The notes under the pieces were generated by a model. That model was given only the letters and a program-made list of their open reading frames with translations. It ran no database searches and was not told the origin of the DNA. A stretch of 64,000 nucleotides of DNA from Candidatus Anstonella stagnisolia. GTDB taxonomy: Archaea; Micrarchaeota; Micrarchaeia; Anstonellales; Anstonellaceae. The translations under genes were made by a program, and so were the position numbers. Location of the stretch: the NCBI GenBank assembly GCA_902384585.1, contig CABMCJ010000004.1:322086-386085 (forward strand). Reading direction: 5' to 3'. Shown here piece by piece: positions 43,835 to 52,880 of the stretch (position 1 is the stretch's first letter; the number at the start of each line of letters is the position of its first letter).

Positions 43835-45574
43835 CTATTGCCATCCTGCCATTTTCTTTATCCTGCCCACCACATCTGAAACTATGAAGGGCCTGCCGTC
43901 GTATTTGAGGTAGGTGTGCTCTATTAGGATGCCGGTTTTCTCACGGATGAGGTTGTGCATCTGCCCGGTGCTGTTGAGCTCAATCACCATGCATTTTTCA
44001 ATCCCGTTCAATGCTGCCTTCACTTCCTTGTCCGGGAAGGGGGATGCCCAGAGTATTTGTATTGCCTTGAGCTTTTTCCCTTCTTTGCGAAGCACCTTGA
44101 GCGCCTCAAGCGCGGCGCCTTTTGTTGAGCCCCAGAAAACAATTGCGGCCTTTGCATCCGCATCCCCGTATATTTTGGGCGCGATTAGGGAGCGGGGGAT
44201 GTTTGCGAGCTTTCGAGCCCGCTTGTCAACCTGGTTTGTGCGGTCCTGGGCACGCTCGCTTGTAAAGCCTGTTTCGTCGTGCTCGTAAGAGGAGGCAACG
44301 TGCAGCCCGTTTGGCTGCCCGGGGAAGCAGCGCGGCGAGATGCCATCGGACGCCAATTCGTGCCTCTTGAAATTTTCAGCATTTTGCATTTGGGAATCCT
44401 GCATTATTTTTCCGCGCAGTATTTTCACTTTTGAATCGTCAAACCTGCCCGTTGTCACGATTTGCTCTGCCAAGTGCTTGTCTGAGAGCATTATTGCGGG
44501 GGTTTGGGCTATTTCAGCCCAGTTGAGCATGTCTATTGCGCCAAAGAAGCACTCGTCAATATCGCCTGGGCAGAATACGAGCCTTGGGAATTCCCCCTGG
44601 GATGCGTGCAGCGCGAACTGGAGGTCTGCCTGCTCAGTGTAAGTGGGCATGCAAGTTGAAGGGCCGGGGCGCATTACGTCCACTATCAGGACCGGCTGCT
44701 CGCTTAGGCCCGCAAGCCCGAGCGCCTCTGTCATGAGGCTGAAGCCGCCGCCGGAGGTTGCAGTCATTGCGCGGCAGCCCGTGAACGCTGCGCCGCACAG
44801 CATGTTTGCGGCTGCGATTTCGTCCTCCGCGTGCTTTACAACCATTTTGTATTCGCGCTCGTGCGCTGCCATGTAGTGCAGCACCGATGAGGAGGGGCTC
44901 ATGGGGTACTCTGCAACGAACTTGCAGCCGCCCTTTAATGCGCCGATGCAGATTGCCTCGTTGCCGTTAAGGAGTATTTGGTTTTTTGAAGGCAAGCGCT
45001 TTGCGAGGAAAGGGATTTGGGCTTTTGAATCCCTTGCATTGTCAAAGCCGCACCTGCCTGCTGAAATGTTCTTCTTTATGATGTCGTCGCCCTTCTTTGA
45101 GAAGAGTTTCTTTAGTACGTCCTCAAGCACCACGAAATCAACGCCAAGCAGGGAAAGGGCTGCGCCAACCGCGACTGTGTTGAGGAAAACTTCGCCCCCG
45201 GTTTTCTGCGCGCAGGAGTACATCGGGATGGGGACGTATTTCACATCCTTGCGGAGCTTGGACACGTCCACTTTTGTTTTTTCAGAATCGTATATTATTG
45301 CGCCATCCTGCGCAACCTCGCCTGCGTGCAGCGTTATTGTCTCGTCGTTGAGAGCGATTAGAACGCTAATCCCGCCATCAAGCGCATAAATTTTTTGTGC
45401 GCTTGCGCGCACTGCAAAAGTATTGTGCCCGCCGCGTATGAGGGATGGGTAGTCGTTCTCGCCAAAAACGTTCAGGCCCAGGTGCTGGAGGCATTTTCCG
45501 AGCATTAAGCCTATTGTCATAACGCCGGAGCCTGCCTCGCCGCCCACTTTCAACGTGAATTCGTTTTCCTGCAT
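43835..45574 (-). CDS. korA: 2-oxoacid:ferredoxin oxidoreductase alpha subunit (fused gamma-alpha type)
   Basis: 579 aa with an N-terminal gamma-like domain (KVGGEAGSGVMT) followed by alpha domains. Adjacent to korB. Confidence 0.92.
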   Translation of the reverse strand: MQENEFTLKVGGEAGSGVMTIGLMLGKCLQHLGLNVFGENDYPSLIRGGHNTFAVRASAQKIYALDGGISVLIALNDETITLHAGEVAQDGAIIYDSEKTKVDVSKLRKDVKYVPIPMYSCAQKTGGEVFLNTVAVGAALSLLGVDFVVLEDVLKKLFSKKGDDIIKKNISAGRCGFDNARDSKAQIPFLAKRLPSKNQILLNGNEAICIGALKGGCKFVAEYPMSPSSSVLHYMAAHEREYKMVVKHAEDEIAAANMLCGAAFTGCRAMTATSGGGFSLMTEALGLAGLSEQPVLIVDVMRPGPSTCMPTYTEQADLQFALHASQGEFPRLVFCPGDIDECFFGAIDMLNWAEIAQTPAIMLSDKHLAEQIVTTGRFDDSKVKILRGKIMQDSQMQNAENFKRHELASDGISPRCFPGQPNGLHVASSYEHDETGFTSERAQDRTNQVDKRARKLANIPRSLIAPKIYGDADAKAAIVFWGSTKGAALEALKVLRKEGKKLKAIQILWASPFPDKEVKAALNGIEKCMVIELNSTGQMHNLIREKTGILIEHTYLKYDGRPFIVSDVVGRIKKMAGWQ

Positions 45575-45709
45575 GGGATATGCACCGCTTGGATTTTTTC
45601 GATTTTCAGTTCCTTCTTGGTCGCCTGCTTGTTTTGCTATGCAAAAAGAAGATATTTAAATTAAACGGAGTGCGCTTCGGAAATTGACGAAGTGGAATTT
45701 CCGTTATCA

Positions 45710-46666
45710 TCAGAAAGGCCCCCATACTACGACGTATTCCTTTGTGATTGTGGAAATGTCGCATCCGCTGCATTTTGAAGAGAATTTTTCCTTGAAAGAG
45801 TCCAGCATTTGCTGGAGCTGCGCATTGCTTTGCACGTGCAATTCTATTGTGAGGTCGTATTTGCCCATGCTCTCTATTGCAAACAGGCAGCGGTTTGTGG
45901 AGTTGAAATGGGAAATTATCTGGCGGCTTGCTGTGGGGTCGCTTAGGGAAATGTTCAGCTGCACGAACTGCAAGCCCAGCTTCTCAAAATTCGGCGCGGT
46001 CACGTATGTGAGCATTATGTTGTCTTTCTCCAGTCTTTTCAGGCGGTATTGGGCGGTTTTTGCGTCTATGCCTGCTTGCTTTGCGATTTCAACTATGGGA
46101 AGGCGGGCGCTTGAGGAAATGGATTTGAGGATTTTTGAGTCTATTGCATCCAGTTTGTAATTTCCTATTTCATAAGCATAGTGCCAGTCTTTTTGCGCCC
46201 CTCCATCGTAAAGGAACTTCTGGTTCAGGCGGTGCGTGGAGAGGAAAGTGGAAATTTCGCGCTCTTTTATGTGCATGCCGTAGAGATTCATGAAGGGGCG
46301 CAGGAATTCCATGAGGTCAAGGGGGCTTCTTGCCATTATGAGGAAAACAGCGTCGTAGTAACCCTCCATGCTCGCAAGGTATGCAATGCGCGGCTGCCGC
46401 GCTATGTATTCGAGAATTTCTTTTTCTTTTGCAGGAGGCATGCTGTTGAGCTTGAGGTAAATCTTGTAGTAGAAAAAGCCGAGCTTTGAGGTGTTGAACA
46501 CCGCGTAAAAGCCCTTGAGGAATTTGTTTTCAAGCAGGCGGTTTATGCGGAAATTCACCGTCTCCTTGCTTTTCCTTAGTTTCTTTGCAAGCATGGAGGC
46601 TGGGATGCGCGCATTGAGGTCTAGCTCGTACAGGATGCGCCGATCCAGTAGGTCTAAATCTTGCAT
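45710..46666 (-). CDS. tandem (double) Lrp/AsnC-type regulator
   Basis: Two HTH modules (LDRRILYELDLNARIPASMLAKKL... and IDSKILKSISSSARLPIVEIAKQAG...), each followed by an AsnC-type effector domain. 318 aa. Confidence 0.8.
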   Translation of the reverse strand: MQDLDLLDRRILYELDLNARIPASMLAKKLRKSKETVNFRINRLLENKFLKGFYAVFNTSKLGFFYYKIYLKLNSMPPAKEKEILEYIARQPRIAYLASMEGYYDAVFLIMARSPLDLMEFLRPFMNLYGMHIKEREISTFLSTHRLNQKFLYDGGAQKDWHYAYEIGNYKLDAIDSKILKSISSSARLPIVEIAKQAGIDAKTAQYRLKRLEKDNIMLTYVTAPNFEKLGLQFVQLNISLSDPTASRQIISHFNSTNRCLFAIESMGKYDLTIELHVQSNAQLQQMLDSFKEKFSSKCSGCDISTITKEYVVVWGPF

Positions 46667-46764
46667 ATTATTAATTTAAATGATAATATTTATATCTATT
46701 TTCTCTTTTTGTGCAATTTTTTGTGCTGCTTATTTAATATGCATTTGATGTTATATGAATTGGC

Positions 46765-48375
46765 ATGGCAGGCAATTCACCAGTGTACGAGGAGCTCAAC
46801 CGGAAGTGGAAATCCACGTGCAGGGTTCTTCTTGGGGAGGAAATAGGGGAGCTTTCGGAATACAGGGAATATTTGTGCGAGCTTGGGTATTCCGAGCCGC
46901 TTATACACCGCAAATCCTCTGTTTCTGGAAAGGAGATTACATATGCAACGCCGCATTATTGCAAGGGCGCAAAATGGGTGGGGCTTTCCGAAGTGGATTT
47001 CCAGAAGAAATTCGAGGCGCTTTCAATAAACGAGGTAAAGGACATTGATTCCATAGTCTCGGCTGTGCAGGAAAGGGCGTATTATTGCGGGGACGTAATA
47101 CTTGGGAACTCGAAATTCATAGAAAAAAGCTCGAACGTGTCTGACAGCTTTTATGTATATGAGTGCGGGAAAGTGTCGGACACAAAATATGCGGCATATT
47201 CGGACTGGCCCAAGATGTGCGAGTGCGTTTTTGGCTCAAGCGCGCCTGGTGAATCCTCATTTTTGATACGATGCAATGATACATTCCGTGACAAGCGGTG
47301 CTTTGAGCTTTGGGGCAGCCTGAATTCCTCGGACTGCTATTATGTCATGGGGCTGAACAGCTGCTCAAACTGCTTTTTCTGCTTCAATGCGAGGGGGATA
47401 AAGAATGCTGTCGGGAACCTTGAGCTGCCTGCGGACAAATTTTCCATCCTTAAGGAAAAGCTGCTTGGGGAAATACGCGAAAAATTGAAAAAAGACAAGA
47501 AGCTTCCCTCCGTTGCGCAGATAATGGGGCGGTGCAAGGACTATTCCGGGGAAGTGAAAGAGCTTCTAAAGGGAAGGGTGGAATACGAGGAGAAAAGCAC
47601 GGACATGAAACCCATAGAAAATGCATTTTCAAAAACGTGCGAGGTTGTGCTGGGTAAAAAGCTCGGCGGGCTTGCAAACTATTCAGGGTGGCTTGAGGGG
47701 CATTCAAAAGGGCTTAGGACATGCAGGTCTGTTGCAAGCGGGAAGCCCGTGTATCAGGGGTGCTATGCGCACTATTCGGACATACCGCAAGATAGGCTGC
47801 TTGTGGAAAAGGAGGCCCTTGAGCTTTTGAAAGTTTCAAAGCTTGAGGAAAAGGATGTCCTTGGGATAAATTTGGAAAATGCGCACGAGATAATAGGGAA
47901 AATCGCATACGTATCAATAGATTATCATGACGGGACAAACGTGAACATAATTGAATGCCCGACATACGGGTATTCCTCGCACGTGCTGCGCACATTCCCT
48001 GTCGTGTATACTAAATATACTGCATACACGTTCTGGGCAAGGAGTTCGGAATACGTATTTGGGGGCGGGCAGCTCTTTGATTCCAATTTCTGCATGAATT
48101 GTTACAACTCAAACCGCTTGCAAAGGTGCCTTGAGGTGGATTCTTCGCGCGACTGCTCGGACTTGTATTTTTCACACAACTGCGAGAATGTCAGGGACTC
48201 CATGTTCTGCTTCAATGCGAAGAATTTGCAGAATGCGGTTGGGAATGCGCAGCTTGGGAAGGAGAAATATGCGCCGCTCAAGGAGAAGATTGTTGGGGAG
48301 ATGCGCGCTGAGCTTGAGAAAGGGAAGAAGCTGCAGTGGGACATTTTCAATATCGGGTGCGCGGGAAAACAATAA
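46765..48375 (+). CDS. Cys-rich protein of unknown function with an internal duplication
   Basis: Both halves end with ...S(S/R)DC...NC...FCFNA(R/K)...KNAVGN..L....(F/Y)..LKEK..GE.R.L.K.KKL. Confidence 0.6.
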   Translation: MAGNSPVYEELNRKWKSTCRVLLGEEIGELSEYREYLCELGYSEPLIHRKSSVSGKEITYATPHYCKGAKWVGLSEVDFQKKFEALSINEVKDIDSIVSAVQERAYYCGDVILGNSKFIEKSSNVSDSFYVYECGKVSDTKYAAYSDWPKMCECVFGSSAPGESSFLIRCNDTFRDKRCFELWGSLNSSDCYYVMGLNSCSNCFFCFNARGIKNAVGNLELPADKFSILKEKLLGEIREKLKKDKKLPSVAQIMGRCKDYSGEVKELLKGRVEYEEKSTDMKPIENAFSKTCEVVLGKKLGGLANYSGWLEGHSKGLRTCRSVASGKPVYQGCYAHYSDIPQDRLLVEKEALELLKVSKLEEKDVLGINLENAHEIIGKIAYVSIDYHDGTNVNIIECPTYGYSSHVLRTFPVVYTKYTAYTFWARSSEYVFGGGQLFDSNFCMNCYNSNRLQRCLEVDSSRDCSDLYFSHNCENVRDSMFCFNAKNLQNAVGNAQLGKEKYAPLKEKIVGEMRAELEKGKKLQWDIFNIGCAGKQ

Positions 48376-48377
48376 TC

Positions 48378-48641
48378 CTATTTTAAAAATTCGTAAACTT
48401 CGTCCCTGCCTTTGTAAAGCAATAAGCCTATTTTGTTTTCCTTTTCAAGTATTTGGTAGACCAGGCGTTTGTTTCCGATGCGCTCTGAAAAGATGTTGCC
48501 CAGATGCCTTAGCGGCTTGCCCTTGTCCGGGGCGAATTGTATTTTTTCAAGCATTTTCCTCAGGAGAGTTTTCTCATTGGCATCAAGTTTCTTTATGTCC
48601 TTTTCAAACTCCTTTGACCTGAGGAAGTCCATGCTAACCAA
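48378..48641 (-). CDS. RelE/ParE-superfamily toxin
   Basis: 87 aa. The pattern FEKDIKKL...GKPLRHLGNIFSERIGNKRLVYQI...IGLLLYKGRDEVY is typical of RelE/YoeB-like toxins. It overlaps the upstream antitoxin gene by 8 nt. Confidence 0.72.
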   Translation of the reverse strand: MVSMDFLRSKEFEKDIKKLDANEKTLLRKMLEKIQFAPDKGKPLRHLGNIFSERIGNKRLVYQILEKENKIGLLLYKGRDEVYEFLK

Positions 48642-48879
48642 GCTCGCTTAGGGAGAATTTGCGCATTTTTGTTTTTCCTGAGGAAATGGAAGATAGGACT
48701 TTTTCTGCTGCCTTTTCGTAAAGCTGGTCGTCTGTGAGGCTGTGCAGCTGGTCAAACTGGAAAAGCGCAAGGCGCACTGCCTCTGTTTTTGTCTTTGCGT
48801 ATCCGCGCGCTATCATGCTGCGCATCACGTCATCTATGTAACCTGTGAGTTCTATGTTTATGTTTGCCATACGAGACAC
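48634..48879 (-). CDS. ribbon-helix-helix antitoxin
   Basis: 81 aa. NINIEL (beta strand) followed by two helices (IDDVMRSMIARGY, TKTEAVRLALFQF). Operon partner of the toxin. AAGGTG lies upstream of the ATG. Confidence 0.62.
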   Translation of the reverse strand: MSRMANINIELTGYIDDVMRSMIARGYAKTKTEAVRLALFQFDQLHSLTDDQLYEKAAEKVLSSISSGKTKMRKFSLSELG

Positions 48880-49031
48880 CTTATACTATTTTAATAAGAA
48901 AAGCTTATAAATATATTATGAAAAATATATGCGATGGCAACCAAGGCAAACGCAGGATATTTGAAAAAACTGGGAAAAATGCGCAAAGGAAAATTCGTAA
49001 AAGTTACCGATTTTTCTAAAAGATATGGGAT

Positions 49032-50231
49032 TTAGGCAAGCTTTGCAATCTTTTGCAAGGTGTCCTTGAAAATTTGCACTTCTTCTTTTGTGTTGTATAT
49101 GTAAAGCGATGCGCGTACTGCGCCCTTGGGTGCGCCCATGTGCTCCATTGCGGGCTGTGCGCAGAATAAGCCTGAGCGCAATGCGATTTGGGAAAGTGAG
49201 TCGGACATGAGCGCTACCTGGTGCGCGGAAATATTTTTGAGGTTGAAGGAGAGGAGCGCGCTTCTTGCTTTTGAAGAGGTATTTCCGTATATTGTGGAGT
49301 CAGGTACGGATTGGACTGCTGCAAGAAGTTCTGCAAAAAGCTCGTGCTCGTATTTTTCAATGTTTTCCATTCCTATTTTCATGAGGTAGTTTGCGACTGC
49401 TGCCATTCCGAGCATGCCTGAGTAGTTTTGTATGCCTGCCTCAAAGCGGTCTGGAAGAGAGTGCAATTTCATTTCGGAAAGGGAGACTGTTTCTATTGTG
49501 CCCCCGCCGAGCATAAAGGGGTTGAGCTTTTCCAGGAGATGCTCTTTTCCAACCAAGCAGCCTATTCCGGTTGGTCCGAGCATCTTGTGCCCAGAGAATG
49601 CGAGGAAATCAAAGTCTTCCTTTTTGAAATCTATTTTGTGGTGCGGAGCGCCCTGCGCTGCGTCTATGAGGATGAGTGCGCCATTTTCGTGCGCGATTTT
49701 TGTAATTTCTTTTAGGGGAGCAGTGCAGCCGGTTGAGTTTGTTGTGTGGTGCACTACTACGAGTGCGGTTTCCTTGTCTACTGCGTTTGTGAAAGCGTCG
49801 GAAGAAAATGAGCCGTCCTTTCCTGCAAGTGCAAACTCCGTTTTTATCTTTCCGCTTTTTGCGAGGTGCATAAATGGTAGTAATGCGGAGTGGTGCTCCA
49901 TATTCGTGAGAACGACTTTTTTCTTTTGGGAAAAATCAAAGGAGTGTGCAACGAGGTTTATTGCCTCGCTTGTATTTTTTGTCCAAATTAATTCGTTTGC
50001 CTTTGCGCCAACGAACTTTGCAACCGTTTCGCGGGATTTTGCGGTTTCCTCGTCTACTTTTTTGCTTAGGTGGTGTGCTGAGCGACCTGCGCATGCGCTA
50101 TATGTTGAATAGTATTCGGTCTGCGCATCTATTACCTGCCTTGGCTTGAGCGTGGTGCAGGCATTGTCAAAGTAAATGAGCTTTCCGCCCTGCAATAGGG
50201 GGAAGTCTGAGCGTACCTTTTGGATGTCCAT
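49032..50231 (-). CDS. sufS: cysteine desulfurase, SufS/CsdA-like class V aminotransferase
   Basis: IYFDNACTTLKP, PLP-Lys motif SGHKMLGPTGIG, catalytic-Cys region RSGLFCAQP, and C-terminal RASLYIYNTKEEV. Confidence 0.88.
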   Translation of the reverse strand: MDIQKVRSDFPLLQGGKLIYFDNACTTLKPRQVIDAQTEYYSTYSACAGRSAHHLSKKVDEETAKSRETVAKFVGAKANELIWTKNTSEAINLVAHSFDFSQKKKVVLTNMEHHSALLPFMHLAKSGKIKTEFALAGKDGSFSSDAFTNAVDKETALVVVHHTTNSTGCTAPLKEITKIAHENGALILIDAAQGAPHHKIDFKKEDFDFLAFSGHKMLGPTGIGCLVGKEHLLEKLNPFMLGGGTIETVSLSEMKLHSLPDRFEAGIQNYSGMLGMAAVANYLMKIGMENIEKYEHELFAELLAAVQSVPDSTIYGNTSSKARSALLSFNLKNISAHQVALMSDSLSQIALRSGLFCAQPAMEHMGAPKGAVRASLYIYNTKEEVQIFKDTLQKIAKLA

Positions 50232-50277
50232 GAAGTAGTTTTGGGCAAGGATATTTTAATGGATTTGGTTGCGGCAG

Positions 50278-51579
50278 CTAAAGAATGGGCGAAGTTGAGC
50301 AGCGGTGTGCGCCCTCTGCCTTTGTAACTTCGGACAGGTTTACAGGGTACACGGTTGCGTCAAGGGTATGGAAAAGCGGGACTGGCGAGCGGGTTGCGTT
50401 TGGGTCGCTTTTGGGCGCGATGTTGGGCGTGCTGTTTGTGGGCAGGACGTATGCCGCAGGGTCCTCAAGGTTAAGCATTGAAGCTGAGACAAAAAGATTG
50501 AGGTCGGAGGACGAATCTTTTCGATGCACAGATATGAGGTTTGCAAGCAGGAATTTTGCCTGGTGCTCATTAAGAAGAGTGAGGCGATTGTAGAGCTTGA
50601 GGAGCAATTCTGCGTCCTTGGGATTCTCAAGCGCGCCAGGATAGAGCATTTGGCCCACACGGCTGAATGCACAGTCAAGGTGGAGCACGCCTTCTTTTGT
50701 GTGGATGGGAAGCACTTCGTAGCTGCTGCCCGCTACGTGCTGCACCCATTTTGCGCCTTCCATGTTTGTGCGGTCGCCCACGCCAAGGAGTATTGCTCCT
50801 TTTGGCTTGTCCAAAAACAGGTTGCCCCACTCCACTTTTGCTTCGGGGGGCGGGACAAGCGCATTTTTTACATACTCCTGCTCGTTCTGGCGGATTGGCG
50901 CGACCATGCCTGCGCGCAGGATTTTTCCATCAACTGCGATAAGGATGTCCCTTGTGAAAACGCCTTCCGGGCAATTTTCGCTTGGCCTTAGGAGGATTAT
51001 TTTTGCCCCGTATCCTACAAGCGCGTGGATAAAGAAAATGTGCTGCATTACTGCAAGGAAGCGGTCGGGCTTGTTGCCCATGTTTGCCTTTTCTTCCTTG
51101 TTTATGGGCTCGCCCCAGTCAAGGTAGGTGGGAAGGGACATTACTATTGTTTTGTAGCCCCACTCGTCCTGCCTCCATGCCCGATAGTTTGCCGCATCTA
51201 TGTAGTCAACAACCTGCAGGTTTGGGTGTGAGTAAAGGGTTGCGAGAAGGCACCCGAGGCTAAGTTTTGTATCGAGTTCAAACTCACTATCAATGATGTT
51301 GAATGGAAAAAGCTTGAGGGAGTGCAGGTATTTTTCGCCGTCGCCTGAGAAAAGATATTTAAGCAGGGAGTCCAGCCCGTCGGGATTTTTGTGCGCCATG
51401 CCGAATTTTTCGCCCACTTCGCGAAGCTGCTTGTATTTTGTGTTTTGCACTGAGTCAAGGAAAAAATCCGTGAGCGCGATTGCGCGCTCGTCAAGTGGGC
51501 GAAAGCCCGATGGGCGGATAATTGTTGGGGCGCGCGCTGGGGATGAGGGAGAAGTCCTTTGAAAAGCGGTAGCGTGCAT
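50278..51579 (-). CDS. guanidino-group-modifying enzyme (arginine deiminase / amidinotransferase fold), paralog 2
   Basis: VFTRD, VGDRTN, LHLDC and C-terminal GAHRCSTSPIL (catalytic Cys). Start set at MHATAF (the track ORF extends to 51654 and would overlap the upstream paralog). Confidence 0.7.
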   Translation of the reverse strand: MHATAFQRTSPSSPARAPTIIRPSGFRPLDERAIALTDFFLDSVQNTKYKQLREVGEKFGMAHKNPDGLDSLLKYLFSGDGEKYLHSLKLFPFNIIDSEFELDTKLSLGCLLATLYSHPNLQVVDYIDAANYRAWRQDEWGYKTIVMSLPTYLDWGEPINKEEKANMGNKPDRFLAVMQHIFFIHALVGYGAKIILLRPSENCPEGVFTRDILIAVDGKILRAGMVAPIRQNEQEYVKNALVPPPEAKVEWGNLFLDKPKGAILLGVGDRTNMEGAKWVQHVAGSSYEVLPIHTKEGVLHLDCAFSRVGQMLYPGALENPKDAELLLKLYNRLTLLNEHQAKFLLANLISVHRKDSSSDLNLFVSASMLNLEDPAAYVLPTNSTPNIAPKSDPNATRSPVPLFHTLDATVYPVNLSEVTKAEGAHRCSTSPIL

Positions 51580-51595
51580 CCAAATTTCACCTATT

Positions 51596-52774
51596 TTACA
51601 GGAGCGGGGCGGTTGAGCAGCGGTGTGCGCCGTCTGCCTTTGTGATTTCGCCAAGGTCTATTGTCCGAAGCGCCATTTCTGCGACTGGATAGAAATTGCC
51701 AAGCCTGTCTATTAGCCATTCGTTTGGCGAAACGTAGAGCGCCTTGTGTATTGAGATTAGGTTTCCAAGAAGCATTTTTGCATTGGCTGCATCAAGTATG
51801 GAAAGCGGGCCGTAGAGCTTTTGAAGAAGTGCAACATCTTCCTGGCGCACAAATGCATCAGGGTATATGAGCCTGCCTATTTGGCTGAAAACGCAGTCAA
51901 GGTGCAGGATGTCTTTCTTTAGATGTATTGGGATTACGTTCAAATCGCTGCCAACTATGGATTGGAGCCACTCGACTGCAGCCATGTTTGTCCGGTCGCC
52001 CACGCCTACAATGATGAAATTGCCTGCTTTGTCCTCAAGGAAAACGTTCCCGAATTCAAGCTGCACTTCGGGTGGCGGCTCTATTGCATTTTTTATCAGT
52101 GCCTGCTCGTTTTTGCGCACGTCTGCAACCATGTTGCCCCGTATTGCCTTGTTATGCAGCGCAAGCAGGACGTCCCTTGTGAACACCATTTCAGGGCAGT
52201 CTTCCCTTGGGCGGAGCAGGAAAACGTGCATGCCGGATTTCACGAGGGAATGTATGAACAGTATGTGCTGCATTACTGCGAGGAAGCGGTCGGGCTTGTT
52301 GCCCATGTTTGCCTGCTCTTTTGCGTTTATGGCAGTTGCCCAGTCCAAATCAGTTGGAAGGGAAACTACTGCGGATTTGTATTGCCATTCGTTTGTGCGC
52401 CATATGTGGAGCTTTGAAACGTCTATTTCGTCTACGACGGTTATGTTTGGGCAAATGGAAATTTTCTCAAGCGCATCTGCAAGGAATCGGGCTGCGTGCG
52501 TTGAAAGGTATCTTTCCCCTTCGCCTGAAAAAATGCTTTCCAGCATGGGCTGGAGGTTCGGGTTTCTTTTTTCCGGGTTCAGCATGCCAAGGAACTTGCG
52601 GTTGTAGCCGTCTTTGTAGGCATCTTTTTGGGTAGTTTCTATGGAATCAAGAAAATATTTTGTAAGTTCCCTTGCGCGTGCATCGGGTGCGCGCCAGCCA
52701 TTGCCTGGGAGAATTATGCCGGGAGCCTGGACTAGCTTTGTTGAAGAAGGTTTTTGCAAAGCGGTAGTACCCAT
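51596..52774 (-). CDS. guanidino-group-modifying enzyme (arginine deiminase / amidinotransferase fold), paralog 1
   Basis: Same motif set: VFTRD, VGDRTN, LHLDC, GAHRCSTAPLL. Collinear with the downstream paralog. Confidence 0.72.
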   Translation of the reverse strand: MGTTALQKPSSTKLVQAPGIILPGNGWRAPDARARELTKYFLDSIETTQKDAYKDGYNRKFLGMLNPEKRNPNLQPMLESIFSGEGERYLSTHAARFLADALEKISICPNITVVDEIDVSKLHIWRTNEWQYKSAVVSLPTDLDWATAINAKEQANMGNKPDRFLAVMQHILFIHSLVKSGMHVFLLRPREDCPEMVFTRDVLLALHNKAIRGNMVADVRKNEQALIKNAIEPPPEVQLEFGNVFLEDKAGNFIIVGVGDRTNMAAVEWLQSIVGSDLNVIPIHLKKDILHLDCVFSQIGRLIYPDAFVRQEDVALLQKLYGPLSILDAANAKMLLGNLISIHKALYVSPNEWLIDRLGNFYPVAEMALRTIDLGEITKADGAHRCSTAPLL

Positions 52775-52880
52775 TCTATATCTCCTCTATACTGTGTGGT
52801 ATATTATAGGTCTTAGTGTTTAAAAGGCTTTGCTATAGGGCTGTTGGAAAAAAGAAAAGAATTGGATGGAAAAATTGGGC

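Noticed and set aside
48944-49045. 33-aa + strand ORF (MATKANAGYLKKLGKMRKGKFVKVTDFSKRYGI) in the TA/sufS intergenic region.
   Set aside because: There is no SD-like sequence, it overlaps the sufS 3' end, and the nearby TATA-like elements are better explained as the promoter of the minus-strand TA operon. Too weak to report as a gene.
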